A stretch of 24,000 bases of DNA from Planctomycetota bacterium (lineage in GTDB: Bacteria > Planctomycetota > Phycisphaerae > Sedimentisphaerales > CAYZTY01): contig JBDRHL010000104.1 of the NCBI GenBank assembly GCA_043816955.1, positions 3,790 to 27,789 on the forward strand. Reading direction: 5' to 3'. The translations under genes and the position numbers were made by a program. Position 1 is the first letter of the stretch. Each line of letters opens with the position of its first letter. The notes beneath the pieces were generated by a model. That model saw only the letters and a program-made list of their open reading frames with translations. It did not search any database and had not been told where the DNA came from. Shown piece after piece: positions 16,450-23,611 of the stretch.

Positions 16450-16970
16450 GGCTTATCGTACCTTTGCCTGGCAAGCTCACTATCCAGCTTAATGTCCAGG
16501 CCGTTTTCATCTATCAATACCGAACCAAACTCAAGAACCAGGTTCATCTGTTTCAACCCTTCCCCCTGCCAATCCAGAAAGCTTTTTATCATAATGGTCA
16601 ACTGCTTCTTGTGTAAAACCATCGGTGCTATCTTGTCTTCAAAATATTTTTTAGCACCCGTTATCTGCTCTTCAAATTTCATTTGCTCGGCATCAATGCC
16701 CGCCTGCATTTCCGCCATTTCGCGGATAGCACTTCCTATCTGGCCAAAAGAGCTTATTCCTTTTCTCAACTGCGATGCAGGGGCGGCTCTCTCTGTTGGA
16801 ATAATCGGCTCTATTACAGCGGCATTGCTTGCCCGTCTCGAAACATTCGCACAATCCTTGCATAAGGTACGCCGTCCATCCCTGTTTTTTTTGTCTCTTG
16901 CAAAGGCTTCCAGTGGCTTTTGTATCTTGCATACCCTGCATATTTTTTCTGATACCTCTACGGCGGTCAT
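16446..16970 (-). CDS. Zn-ribbon protein with Gam-like (host-nuclease-inhibitor-like) helical region
   Basis: N-terminal CxxC...CxxC: CRVCKIQKPLEAFARDKKNRDGRRTLCKDC. The stretch IGSAIREMAEMQAGIDAEQMKFEEQITGAKKYFEDKIAPMVLHKKQLTIMIKSFLDW...LEFGSVLID follows the pattern of the Mu Gam N-terminal half as I recall it (IG..RE...E......F...IAP...I..L...V..W....L..G.V). The recall-based alignment is unverified. Confidence 0.4.
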   Translation of the reverse strand: MTAVEVSEKICRVCKIQKPLEAFARDKKNRDGRRTLCKDCANVSRRASNAAVIEPIIPTERAAPASQLRKGISSFGQIGSAIREMAEMQAGIDAEQMKFEEQITGAKKYFEDKIAPMVLHKKQLTIMIKSFLDWQGEGLKQMNLVLEFGSVLIDENGLDIKLDSELARQRYDKP

Positions 16971-16976
16971 GGTTGT

Positions 16977-18563
16977 TTATTCCTCGTTAGCTGTGTATCT
17001 GCCAACTTCATTAGGCTCGACCGCCGGATAATAATTCATGCTATAATCATTGTTATTGTTTATAACGACAGGTGCCTGGTTTTTCATTTCCTCAACTTCG
17101 CGGGCAATAGCAGCCATGTGCTTGGGGTGCACTGTAAAAGGACCACTGTGTATTGTAAGCCTCATGTTTAATGCTGCTATTTCATCCAACTGTTCCGGTG
17201 TGGTGGCAGTTTTTTCAAGCTCGTTCAAGTCCTCACTTATGGCCTTTACTGCAAGAAGTTCCGTTTCCCACTTATCTGGGATTAACCACTTGTCTTCGCT
17301 CTTTGTCTGGAGAACCTTAAATTTCCCCTTGGCCTCTTTAAGCCTTAACTGCCAGGCTTCAAACCCCGGAGCGGCTTCGATATATTCCTTTTCAATTTCG
17401 GCCTCTATCGCCCTGGTTTTTCCGAGCCGTGATTTTTTGTAGGCCTCTACCTGCCGGTCGATCAACTCTGGTGTGGCCTGTGATATTTTTTGCGCAGTTG
17501 CAGCAAAGGTTTGTATGGCCTCCGGCGTTACCATTTTTCCTATTTCACCTGCAAGCCCAGGCTCAAAGCCCATCTCTACAAGCCTCTGCATACGCATGTT
17601 TTCAGGGATACCCCTGGCATATTGCAGCAACGCCCCCACCCGCTGGTCCATGTTCAAATCTTCCCACTTCAAGCCAAGTCCCGCTTCAATAGCCTTTCTT
17701 GGCTTTTCGTACCCACCGCTTGACAGCCGCGTTACCTGTTCCAGCAGGCTCGCTGCAAGGGCCTCGTTTGTCGTTATTGCACGAGCTGAGGCAAAAGCAG
17801 CCAAAGCCCCCTCGAACGAGCCACCAAGGCCCATATAGCCTGTGGCGCCTTTTTGCAGGCCCTCTATAAAAGCACCGAACTTTTGAGCCTTTGACGCGGT
17901 ATAAGTGGCCTGAAGCTTCGACAAATAACCCATCCAGGCCTGCTCATTCGGAGCGACACCTGCTGTCCCTGCGAACTCAAACAGTTTACCAACCTCTTCT
18001 TCGCCAAGCAGATTAGCTCCGGCAAACGGAGCAATTTTTGCCAACAGCGCCCGCACCTGCTCATTTTTCATTCCACCTTGAGCACCAAAGGCAATATCAC
18101 CCGATATGAGCATCTGCTTGCCAACACCGACATCTTTTAATCCCCCCGCCTTTTGCAGCCTTAAGGCCTCTTTGGTCCAAAAATCCGCCTGGCCAGGCGT
18201 GCCCGCCTGCATCACAAGGGCCTGGCCAACCTCGGAAAGACTGGTTGCTTTTTCTGTTATCTCTTTTTGAAGCTGCTTAATCGCTTCCAGTCTGTCAACA
18301 AGCCAATTAACAACCTTTATTAACGCCTGGGCACCAATCCACGCGCCAAACATCGACATCAGGGCGGTTTTTGCCTCGCCTGCAACCTTGCCCATAATGC
18401 CTATTTTTTGTGTGGCTTGCTCTGTCGAATGGGCCGCCTGCTTCTGGCCTTCAGTGGTTTTTTCGCCAAGGTCTTTTGTGCTCGCTGCGACCTTGTCTAT
18501 GTCCCGCTTGGCCTGATCTGCGCCCTGTGCCTGGACGCGAATGTTTATATCTTTATCCGGCAT
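16977..18563 (-). CDS. Tape-measure-like protein (528 aa)
   Basis: The N-terminus INIRVQAQGADQAKRDIDKVAASTKDLGEKT is typical of tape-measure proteins. A hydrophobic segment follows. The Ala/Gly-rich core (LSEVGQALVMQAGTPGQADFW...LISGDIAFGAQGG...FEFAGTAGV) resembles the TP901-type core, and the C-terminal part is a long helical region. No tail tube or chaperone genes accompany it. Confidence 0.5.
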   Translation of the reverse strand: MPDKDINIRVQAQGADQAKRDIDKVAASTKDLGEKTTEGQKQAAHSTEQATQKIGIMGKVAGEAKTALMSMFGAWIGAQALIKVVNWLVDRLEAIKQLQKEITEKATSLSEVGQALVMQAGTPGQADFWTKEALRLQKAGGLKDVGVGKQMLISGDIAFGAQGGMKNEQVRALLAKIAPFAGANLLGEEEVGKLFEFAGTAGVAPNEQAWMGYLSKLQATYTASKAQKFGAFIEGLQKGATGYMGLGGSFEGALAAFASARAITTNEALAASLLEQVTRLSSGGYEKPRKAIEAGLGLKWEDLNMDQRVGALLQYARGIPENMRMQRLVEMGFEPGLAGEIGKMVTPEAIQTFAATAQKISQATPELIDRQVEAYKKSRLGKTRAIEAEIEKEYIEAAPGFEAWQLRLKEAKGKFKVLQTKSEDKWLIPDKWETELLAVKAISEDLNELEKTATTPEQLDEIAALNMRLTIHSGPFTVHPKHMAAIAREVEEMKNQAPVVINNNNDYSMNYYPAVEPNEVGRYTANEE

Positions 18564-18681
18564 AACAATAATCTCCGTAAAATTCTACGCCCGCCGCCGA
18601 TGTTTACCTGTGCATAAACCAGGCAGACGGGCGTAGTAACCGCAAACAGGTCTTTGAAAAAGAAAAACAAAGCTATTAAAA

Positions 18682-19134
18682 TCAGGCAGTTATAAGCTCC
18701 GCAAGTCCCTGGCCCGCTGCATTTTTCGGACCCTGGCCTGAATGCCTTGAAAGTATGGCGATAATCGCCAGGTTGCAGCCGGTTGTGCCATTGCCCGCGT
18801 GCGGGGCGTTGACTTCCATGTATCGCTTATGGCTTTTTGTCAGGTCAAGATCAATGGCAAACAGGGAATCATCCTCACTTGCACCGATTGCATCAGCCAG
18901 CGCTGCACTTGTTACGGCGGTATAGGCCCCATCGGTAGTGTCGCACTCCTCCACAAACGGAGCTGCACCTTCAGCGGTTGAACCTATAGCTTCATCAACT
19001 GTGCCGACGATAAACAAAAAGCGGACATGGCCCCAACCCTGGGTATCCACATAGATGTTACCTGCAAAATCACCGTCATCCTTAAGTTGTGGTGGCGTCA
19101 AAATCACTGTTTTTGTTTCTTGTATATCAATCAT
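18682..19134 (-). CDS. 150-aa protein following the capsid gene (possible head accessory/decoration protein)
   Basis: The call is based on position directly after the major capsid gene and on a beta-rich, acidic sequence. No diagnostic motif was recognised. Confidence 0.3.
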   Translation of the reverse strand: MIDIQETKTVILTPPQLKDDGDFAGNIYVDTQGWGHVRFLFIVGTVDEAIGSTAEGAAPFVEECDTTDGAYTAVTSAALADAIGASEDDSLFAIDLDLTKSHKRYMEVNAPHAGNGTTGCNLAIIAILSRHSGQGPKNAAGQGLAELITA

Positions 19135-19212
19135 TTTTCTACCTCAAAAAAGTAAAATACTTTCAGTTGTAAAAACCAGTTAAACATCCTTTAATTGTCA
19201 ATTACACTGCCG

Positions 19213-20391
19213 TTAAGAAGCAGCGGTAATCAATCCGACGATCGGTCCGGCATCGGTAGTGTCACCGACACCATACACGGCAATATCTATCCGTTCTTTG
19301 CCTCGTATGCCGACCTGGTCGTTTGCAAAATAGACATCGACCGATTTATCAATAGTGATCTCTTTTCGCTCACCAAGGAAAGCGCCCGTATACAGATCAC
19401 CCAGGATCGCGCATATCTGGCTGTCATCTTCCGTGCTCGGCATACAGGAGACAAACTCAACCGGATAGCCCAGCAGATACCTGGTCTTTCGATCAGAGAG
19501 AATGTCAAACAGGTTCGCAACACCGGCAGTGACGGCAAGCGGATACACAACGTTCCAGTAGAACTTGCGGTTCATGTACCACTTGGCGTTTTCGTCTGCC
19601 TCTTCCGGCAAAAGCGCCACGACACCTTCAAAATCAACCAGGGCTATTTCCGAATACGCATTGCCGGAAGCAACCTTCAGACCCTTGATATTGCCTATGG
19701 TTGCATCTACCGCCATCAATGCACCGACTATTCCGGTCATGCCGAAGTATGTCGAAGTGCCATCACCGAGGAAGCCTATCAGGTCCTCTTTCCTGGCAAG
19801 GCTGCGCACTATCGATTGACCGATAATCTCACCCAGGGCAATAACTGAATCCTCCTCAAGCTCATTGCTGGCCTTTGCCAGGCAAATAAGCTTTCGGCAG
19901 GTCAGGGCAACCTGGGAAAACGACATGTCGCTTGGGGTAACAGCGCCACCCTCACCAGGACAATAAATCGTAAGGTCGCTTTCGACCTTGGGAACCATAA
20001 GCCTGTCGCTTTTCATCGGAACACGAAGCGCATTTTTGCGAAACTTGCTATACACACCAAGCAGGCTTATTATGTTTGCTGCAAGCTCCTCAGGCACAAG
20101 AACGCCGCCATCAACATTGACCGTCTCTTCCATAGCCTTCTTGCCTGCGACGTGCAGGATTATCTCGCCAAATCCCTTGGCCTGTTCTTCATGCATCCAC
20201 AACAAAGGCCTGTCGCCTTTGTCTGCTGCACGAGCTATCGTGCCTGATTTCCGTAAAATCCGAAGCTCATTCCCTATATCATCCAGGTGTCTTTTCATTG
20301 TGGGCATATCACCCTGTTTGTTTTCAATATCTTTTAATCTTTCACCTATGACCTTGAAGGCCTCGGCGATTTTTTCATCCGTTGTCAACAT
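19213..20391 (-). CDS. HK97-family major capsid protein
   Basis: 392 aa with AGGAG 8 nt upstream of the ATG. The N-terminal helical delta-like region is EKIAEAFKVIGERLKDIENKQGDMPTMKRHLDDIGNELRIL. The body follows, including GGVLVPEELAANIISLL and C-terminal GIRGKERIDIAV. The gene lies after a prohead protease gene. Confidence 0.75.
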   Translation of the reverse strand: MLTTDEKIAEAFKVIGERLKDIENKQGDMPTMKRHLDDIGNELRILRKSGTIARAADKGDRPLLWMHEEQAKGFGEIILHVAGKKAMEETVNVDGGVLVPEELAANIISLLGVYSKFRKNALRVPMKSDRLMVPKVESDLTIYCPGEGGAVTPSDMSFSQVALTCRKLICLAKASNELEEDSVIALGEIIGQSIVRSLARKEDLIGFLGDGTSTYFGMTGIVGALMAVDATIGNIKGLKVASGNAYSEIALVDFEGVVALLPEEADENAKWYMNRKFYWNVVYPLAVTAGVANLFDILSDRKTRYLLGYPVEFVSCMPSTEDDSQICAILGDLYTGAFLGERKEITIDKSVDVYFANDQVGIRGKERIDIAVYGVGDTTDAGPIVGLITAAS

Positions 20392-20455
20392 TTCGTATAC
20401 TCCTAATGTTTAATTTTGATAATTCGATTAACATTTTTTACCAGCTCCCAGCTTG

Positions 20456-20488
20456 AAAAAAGGCGCTGCCGCTGGTAGAGACAGCGCC
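20456..20488 (-). terminator. Terminator-like hairpin plus T-run between the protease and capsid genes
   Basis: Read on the minus strand: GGCGCTG (20488..20482), 13-nt loop, CAGCGCC (20468..20462), then TTTTTT (20461..20456). An alternative inner pairing GCGCTG/CAGCG is possible. Confidence 0.4.
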
Positions 20489-20610
20489 CAGGACAAGAAA
20501 AAAAGAAACTGACCGAACCATAACAAGTCTCGAAAAAATTGCAGACCCGCACATGCAGCATCGAGCCTGCCGGCATGCACCTTGTCAATACAATTTTCAT
20601 GTTATTATCC

Positions 20611-21465
20611 TTAACGTCTTGAAACCAAGGCCACAAAATCCGTCTCAGGCAAACCAGCCTTGCCCTTGGCGGATTCAGGAATATTCTTGACTTTACCAGA
20701 GATATTTTTCTGGTTGCAAATCTCTCTTATAAAATCACACGCAAGCTCTTTTATTTTTTCTATGCCTACCTTCGCCTGTAATTCAAAAAATTTGTCATCG
20801 CTTAACCCGACGCCCTTTATTATCGCTTCAAGGACCGGGCAGGCAAAACAATCCTCACCCACAGGATCACTGGAAAGCAGCACGCTGCCAAAATCTTCAT
20901 CATCATCCAAAATATCATCCAGGGGCAGATCGTATTTTTCCTGCCGCTTGGCATCGACAAAATCCGCTTTTCGCTGCCTTGATTTACTAAGAGCGGCCCT
21001 GTTGCTCGGCACGGCAACTGCCGAGATTTCCAGCAGCTCTACACGCGTGAAGGTCCGGATTGTCCGTCCACCTTCATTGGCGGTGTCCTTCCATTCCTTT
21101 GGAATAAAACCGATTGAAACCGCCCGCATGTAACCATCCCTGTAGAGCTGCCAGTATTCCTCAGCAAGCTGCGTCTGCGCAAATTCGACAACAACCCAGA
21201 AGCCGGTTTTATCTATCCAGGCGTTGATGATCTTTCCGATAACAGGCGATGTGCCATCACTAAGCCTGTGCTGATGCGCAGCCAGAAAAACGGGGTTAGA
21301 CATAAATATATTCAGGTCCGCCTTGAATGCGCTGGGAAGGATTATCTCCCCATCCCTGTCCGTGTCACCCGTCGAGGCAAGAAAGCGAATCTGCCTCTTT
21401 TCGCCGTCAACCGCCCCCGCCTTGCACACCCCCTGAAAATATTTCGTTTGAATATCCGTATCCAT
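20611..21465 (-). CDS. HK97-family prohead protease (S78-like) with C-terminal acidic/scaffold-like extension
   Basis: FLASTGDTDRDGEIILPSAF...NPVFLAAHQH gives the His context and MRAVSIGFIPKEW the Ser context. Both match the pattern of the HK97 gp4-type protease family. About 110 extra C-terminal residues are rich in Asp. Confidence 0.7.
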   Translation of the reverse strand: MDTDIQTKYFQGVCKAGAVDGEKRQIRFLASTGDTDRDGEIILPSAFKADLNIFMSNPVFLAAHQHRLSDGTSPVIGKIINAWIDKTGFWVVVEFAQTQLAEEYWQLYRDGYMRAVSIGFIPKEWKDTANEGGRTIRTFTRVELLEISAVAVPSNRAALSKSRQRKADFVDAKRQEKYDLPLDDILDDDEDFGSVLLSSDPVGEDCFACPVLEAIIKGVGLSDDKFFELQAKVGIEKIKELACDFIREICNQKNISGKVKNIPESAKGKAGLPETDFVALVSRR

Positions 21466-21488
21466 TTTTTCTCGTCCTTGATTTTAAT

Positions 21489-21953
21489 TTACCACAGGTA
21501 TAAGCCTGAAAATCTCTTGTTACAGCCCTTCGGACAAATCCACTGGGCCTCGGTAATCATATCTCCCGGCGCAGCCTTTATCTTCCACTGGGCCTCACAG
21601 AACGTGCAGCCGATAATCCCTTTGTCGGCATCTATCACCTTGATTTCGCGCCTAAGCAGTTCCCTGGCAGAAAACCTGATGTGCACCTTGTTGCTCTTGC
21701 GCTCGATGTAAGGTATCCCCATAATCAAAACATTCAGGTCCAGATTAAGAGCTGCGGCAAAACCGGCAACATACTCCAGGTTAAGCGCTGCCTGGCCGGT
21801 TTCGATCTTTTTGATTAACATGGCCTTATCCAGGCCCATCATTTCCTTGATCTGCCTGTAGGATAGATTATTTTTCTCCCGCGCCTCTTTCAGCCTGGCT
21901 GCGACACCCCGCATTATCTCAGGAGTTATCTGTTGTGTTTTTTGCTCTGTCAT
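21489..21953 (-). CDS. XRE-family HTH protein with C-terminal Cys-cluster domain
   Basis: The HTH is LKEAREKNNLSYRQIKEMMGLDKAMLIKKIETGQAALNLEYVAGFAAALNLDLNVLIMG. The C-terminal Cys cluster is GCTFCEAQW...WICPKGCN (CxxC...CxxxC). Confidence 0.65.
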   Translation of the reverse strand: MTEQKTQQITPEIMRGVAARLKEAREKNNLSYRQIKEMMGLDKAMLIKKIETGQAALNLEYVAGFAAALNLDLNVLIMGIPYIERKSNKVHIRFSARELLRREIKVIDADKGIIGCTFCEAQWKIKAAPGDMITEAQWICPKGCNKRFSGLYLW

Positions 21954-22277
21954 TTATGCGTGATCCTCACCATAACGAGCGCTTAATTTAAGTCCTGTAA
22001 CGGATTCTTCCTCTCTTGCTTCCTTAATAAAAGTTGTCAAGGCTTCATCAATATCGAACTTGTGAATGATCGCAATTTGTTCATTTATAATTGCAATCTT
22101 TTTTTCGCGATCATCCGTTGCATCAAGTTTCGCTTGCAGCTCCTCAAGTTTTTTCTGTGTTCGAAAAACATAATTAACCAAAAGTCCCCGTTGTCGGTCT
22201 GTCAAAGACTCAACGATTTCGGCTGCTGTTAATTTCTTGTCTATAGCCGATCTTTCAATTCCTAATGTCGCGTTCAT
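21954..22277 (-). CDS. 107-aa helical hypothetical protein
   Basis: It is tightly packed in the operon, 1 nt after the upstream stop and abutting the next start. Coiled-coil-like segment KKLEELQAKLDATDDREKKIAIINEQIAII. No motif recognised. Confidence 0.45.
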   Translation of the reverse strand: MNATLGIERSAIDKKLTAAEIVESLTDRQRGLLVNYVFRTQKKLEELQAKLDATDDREKKIAIINEQIAIIHKFDIDEALTTFIKEAREEESVTGLKLSARYGEDHA

Positions 22278-22278
22278 T

Positions 22279-22524
22279 TTAGTCCCCTTTCTTCTTACTG
22301 TTTTTTATATCCTGCCCGATACAATTCGGGCATTTTTCCTCTTGCTGTTTCGCGCGAGATTCAATACCATTGCGTCGTTTGAAAGTTTTATTGCCCAGGT
22401 GTTCTATGATGCTAACCGCTGCTGCATTACCTGGGGGACGGTGTTCGTTTGCCGCCCTTTGGTTGACAAGTTCAACGGCCCTTGTGTCAGTTATTATTAC
22501 CCTTTTGACTGGTCTATACGCCAT
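22279..22524 (-). CDS. First gene of the island operon; possible ribbon-helix-helix (Cro/Arc-like) regulator
   Basis: GAGG lies 9 nt upstream of ATG 22524. The N-terminus PVKRVIITDTRAVELVNQRAANE...NAAAVSIIEHL fits a beta-strand/helix/helix layout. The tail is basic with CPNC. The gene is divergent from the CI-like gene. Confidence 0.4.
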   Translation of the reverse strand: MAYRPVKRVIITDTRAVELVNQRAANEHRPPGNAAAVSIIEHLGNKTFKRRNGIESRAKQQEEKCPNCIGQDIKNSKKKGD

Positions 22525-22541
22525 TTTGTTTAACCTCTATT

Positions 22542-23090
22542 ATGTCATTCATTGGCTACATTACTCAGATGCCTGAAAGCTGTCAAGACAAAAATATCGA
22601 AAAAGTCGTAGATTTTTACAGTTTCGGGGAACGTGTCCGCCATGCGCGAAAACAAGTCAAGCTTAATCAGACTGAGTTAGCAGAAAAAATAGGAGGCACT
22701 ACCCATGCCACAATCAGCAACATTGAAAAAGGCAAAGTGAACCCCAGCATCGAAATTACCGCCAAAATCGCCCATGCCCTTAATCTTGACCTCCATTGGC
22801 TTATTACAGGCCAAAGCTCCCCTACAAGTCAGGAAATTCATAAGATTCTTAGGCCCTTTGCCACAGTCCATCTTTCGGGTATAATGCGTCAAATACAGGA
22901 TTTAGAAAAGGAACGCCAGCAGCTAGAATCCCTGCCACTCACAGAACGAGCAATAGCTATAAGCCGTTTATACGAAATCCAGGATGAGCTTGAAACCCAT
23001 CATTTGCATTATAAGGTTATGTTCGATAGAATCAGTGAAGCAGATAAATTTATTAAGCCTTCCCAGGAACCTGACAAAACCAAAACTTAG
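22542..23090 (+). CDS. CI-like XRE-family repressor without a peptidase S24 domain
   Basis: The HTH is FGERVRHARKQVKLNQTELAEKIGGTTHATISNIEKGKVNPSIEITAKIAHALNLDLHWLITGQ. The C-terminal half is helical/coiled (IQDLEKERQQLESL) and shows no Ser-Lys autocleavage domain. The true start may be ATG 22569 (MPESCQDK). Confidence 0.7.
   Translation: MSFIGYITQMPESCQDKNIEKVVDFYSFGERVRHARKQVKLNQTELAEKIGGTTHATISNIEKGKVNPSIEITAKIAHALNLDLHWLITGQSSPTSQEIHKILRPFATVHLSGIMRQIQDLEKERQQLESLPLTERAIAISRLYEIQDELETHHLHYKVMFDRISEADKFIKPSQEPDKTKT
22558..22586 (-). promoter_or_regulatory. Strong sigma70-like promoter for the island's minus-strand operon
   Basis: Read on the minus strand: TTGACA (22586..22581), 17-nt spacer, TAATGT (22563..22558). 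It lies ~34 nt upstream of ATG 22524 and inside the 5' end of the track's plus-strand ORF 22542-23090. Confidence 0.5.
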
Positions 23091-23317
23091 TACTCTTTAG
23101 TTTATATAAGTACACTCAACAATCCTTTGTTTTACTTAGTGGAACCATTAGACTTAGTATAAGCATATTAAACCCGACAAGAAAAATCTTATAAATTTTC
23201 AAAGAATTTTTTCAGCCAATTTCCACCCAGACCGCTCCGAAGGCCCAAATCGGTCATTTTCCGCTCATATTTTACCCATCTTACCTCTATATTGGACATA
23301 GAACATACTGGAAATGT

Positions 23318-23380
23318 GTCGTTTTGAATGTCGTTTTGTCGTTTCATCCAGCGACATATCTGATTTTGTATTTTGTATTT
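23318..23380. repeat. Iteron-like short tandem repeats in non-coding DNA
   Basis: GTCGTTTTG occurs at 23318-23326 and 23330-23338, and GTCGTTTC at 23338-23345. Another GTCGTTTT lies at 23602-23609. ATTTTGT repeats in tandem over 23362-23380. Confidence 0.6.
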
Positions 23381-23424
23381 ATAAGCCCTTTGGAGGCCTT
23401 TTAAACACGAGTTAAACGTTTTGT

Positions 23425-23598
23425 AAAATTGGCCAAATAGGTGGAAAAATCCGGCCAAAATCCCCAAATTGGCCAAATAGGAAACTGCTTAAATTGGACG
23501 ATAGAAGTCCTCAGAAAACCCCCTTTTCGGCCCCTTGAACCCGCTTTTTATTGGCTAACTTCAGTTATTCCCGCCACTTCGCCATTTTGGCCAAATAG
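23425..23598. repeat. Cluster of near-palindromic TTGGCCAAAT(AG) motifs (right flank)
   Basis: aaaattggccaaatag at 23425-23440, ccggccaaaa at 23451-23460, aaattggccaaatagg at 23466-23481 and ttttggccaaatagc at 23586-23600. The related left-flank copies are listed in the 15319-15353 repeat feature, including the identical 16-mer in inverted orientation. Confidence 0.8.
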
Positions 23599-23611
23599 CT
23601 TGTCGTTTTAC

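Noticed and set aside
16977-18563. Reading the 528-aa protein as the missing portal
   Set aside because: The N-terminal INIRVQAQGAD...DLG pattern, the hydrophobic segment and the Ala/Gly-rich core look like a tape-measure protein, not a portal. This remains unverified without a profile search.
20403-20636. 77-aa track ORF between the protease and capsid genes as a confident CDS
   Set aside because: The translation is Cys/Phe-rich and low-complexity, and it runs through a terminator-like hairpin. It is kept only as a possibility within the spacer finding.
23118-23127. 10-nt match aacaatcctt at 23118-23127 and 23865-23874 as a possible outer att core
   Set aside because: It is too short to distinguish from chance in 24 kb, and the surrounding bases do not align.
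23189-23476. 95-aa minus-strand ORF, and the 72-aa (23441-23659, +) and 83-aa (23565-23816, -) ORFs
   Set aside because: They traverse the GGCCAAAT sites, the iterons or the 90-bp repeat. The two repeat copies differ by an indel that would break any frame. No RBS or motif support was found.
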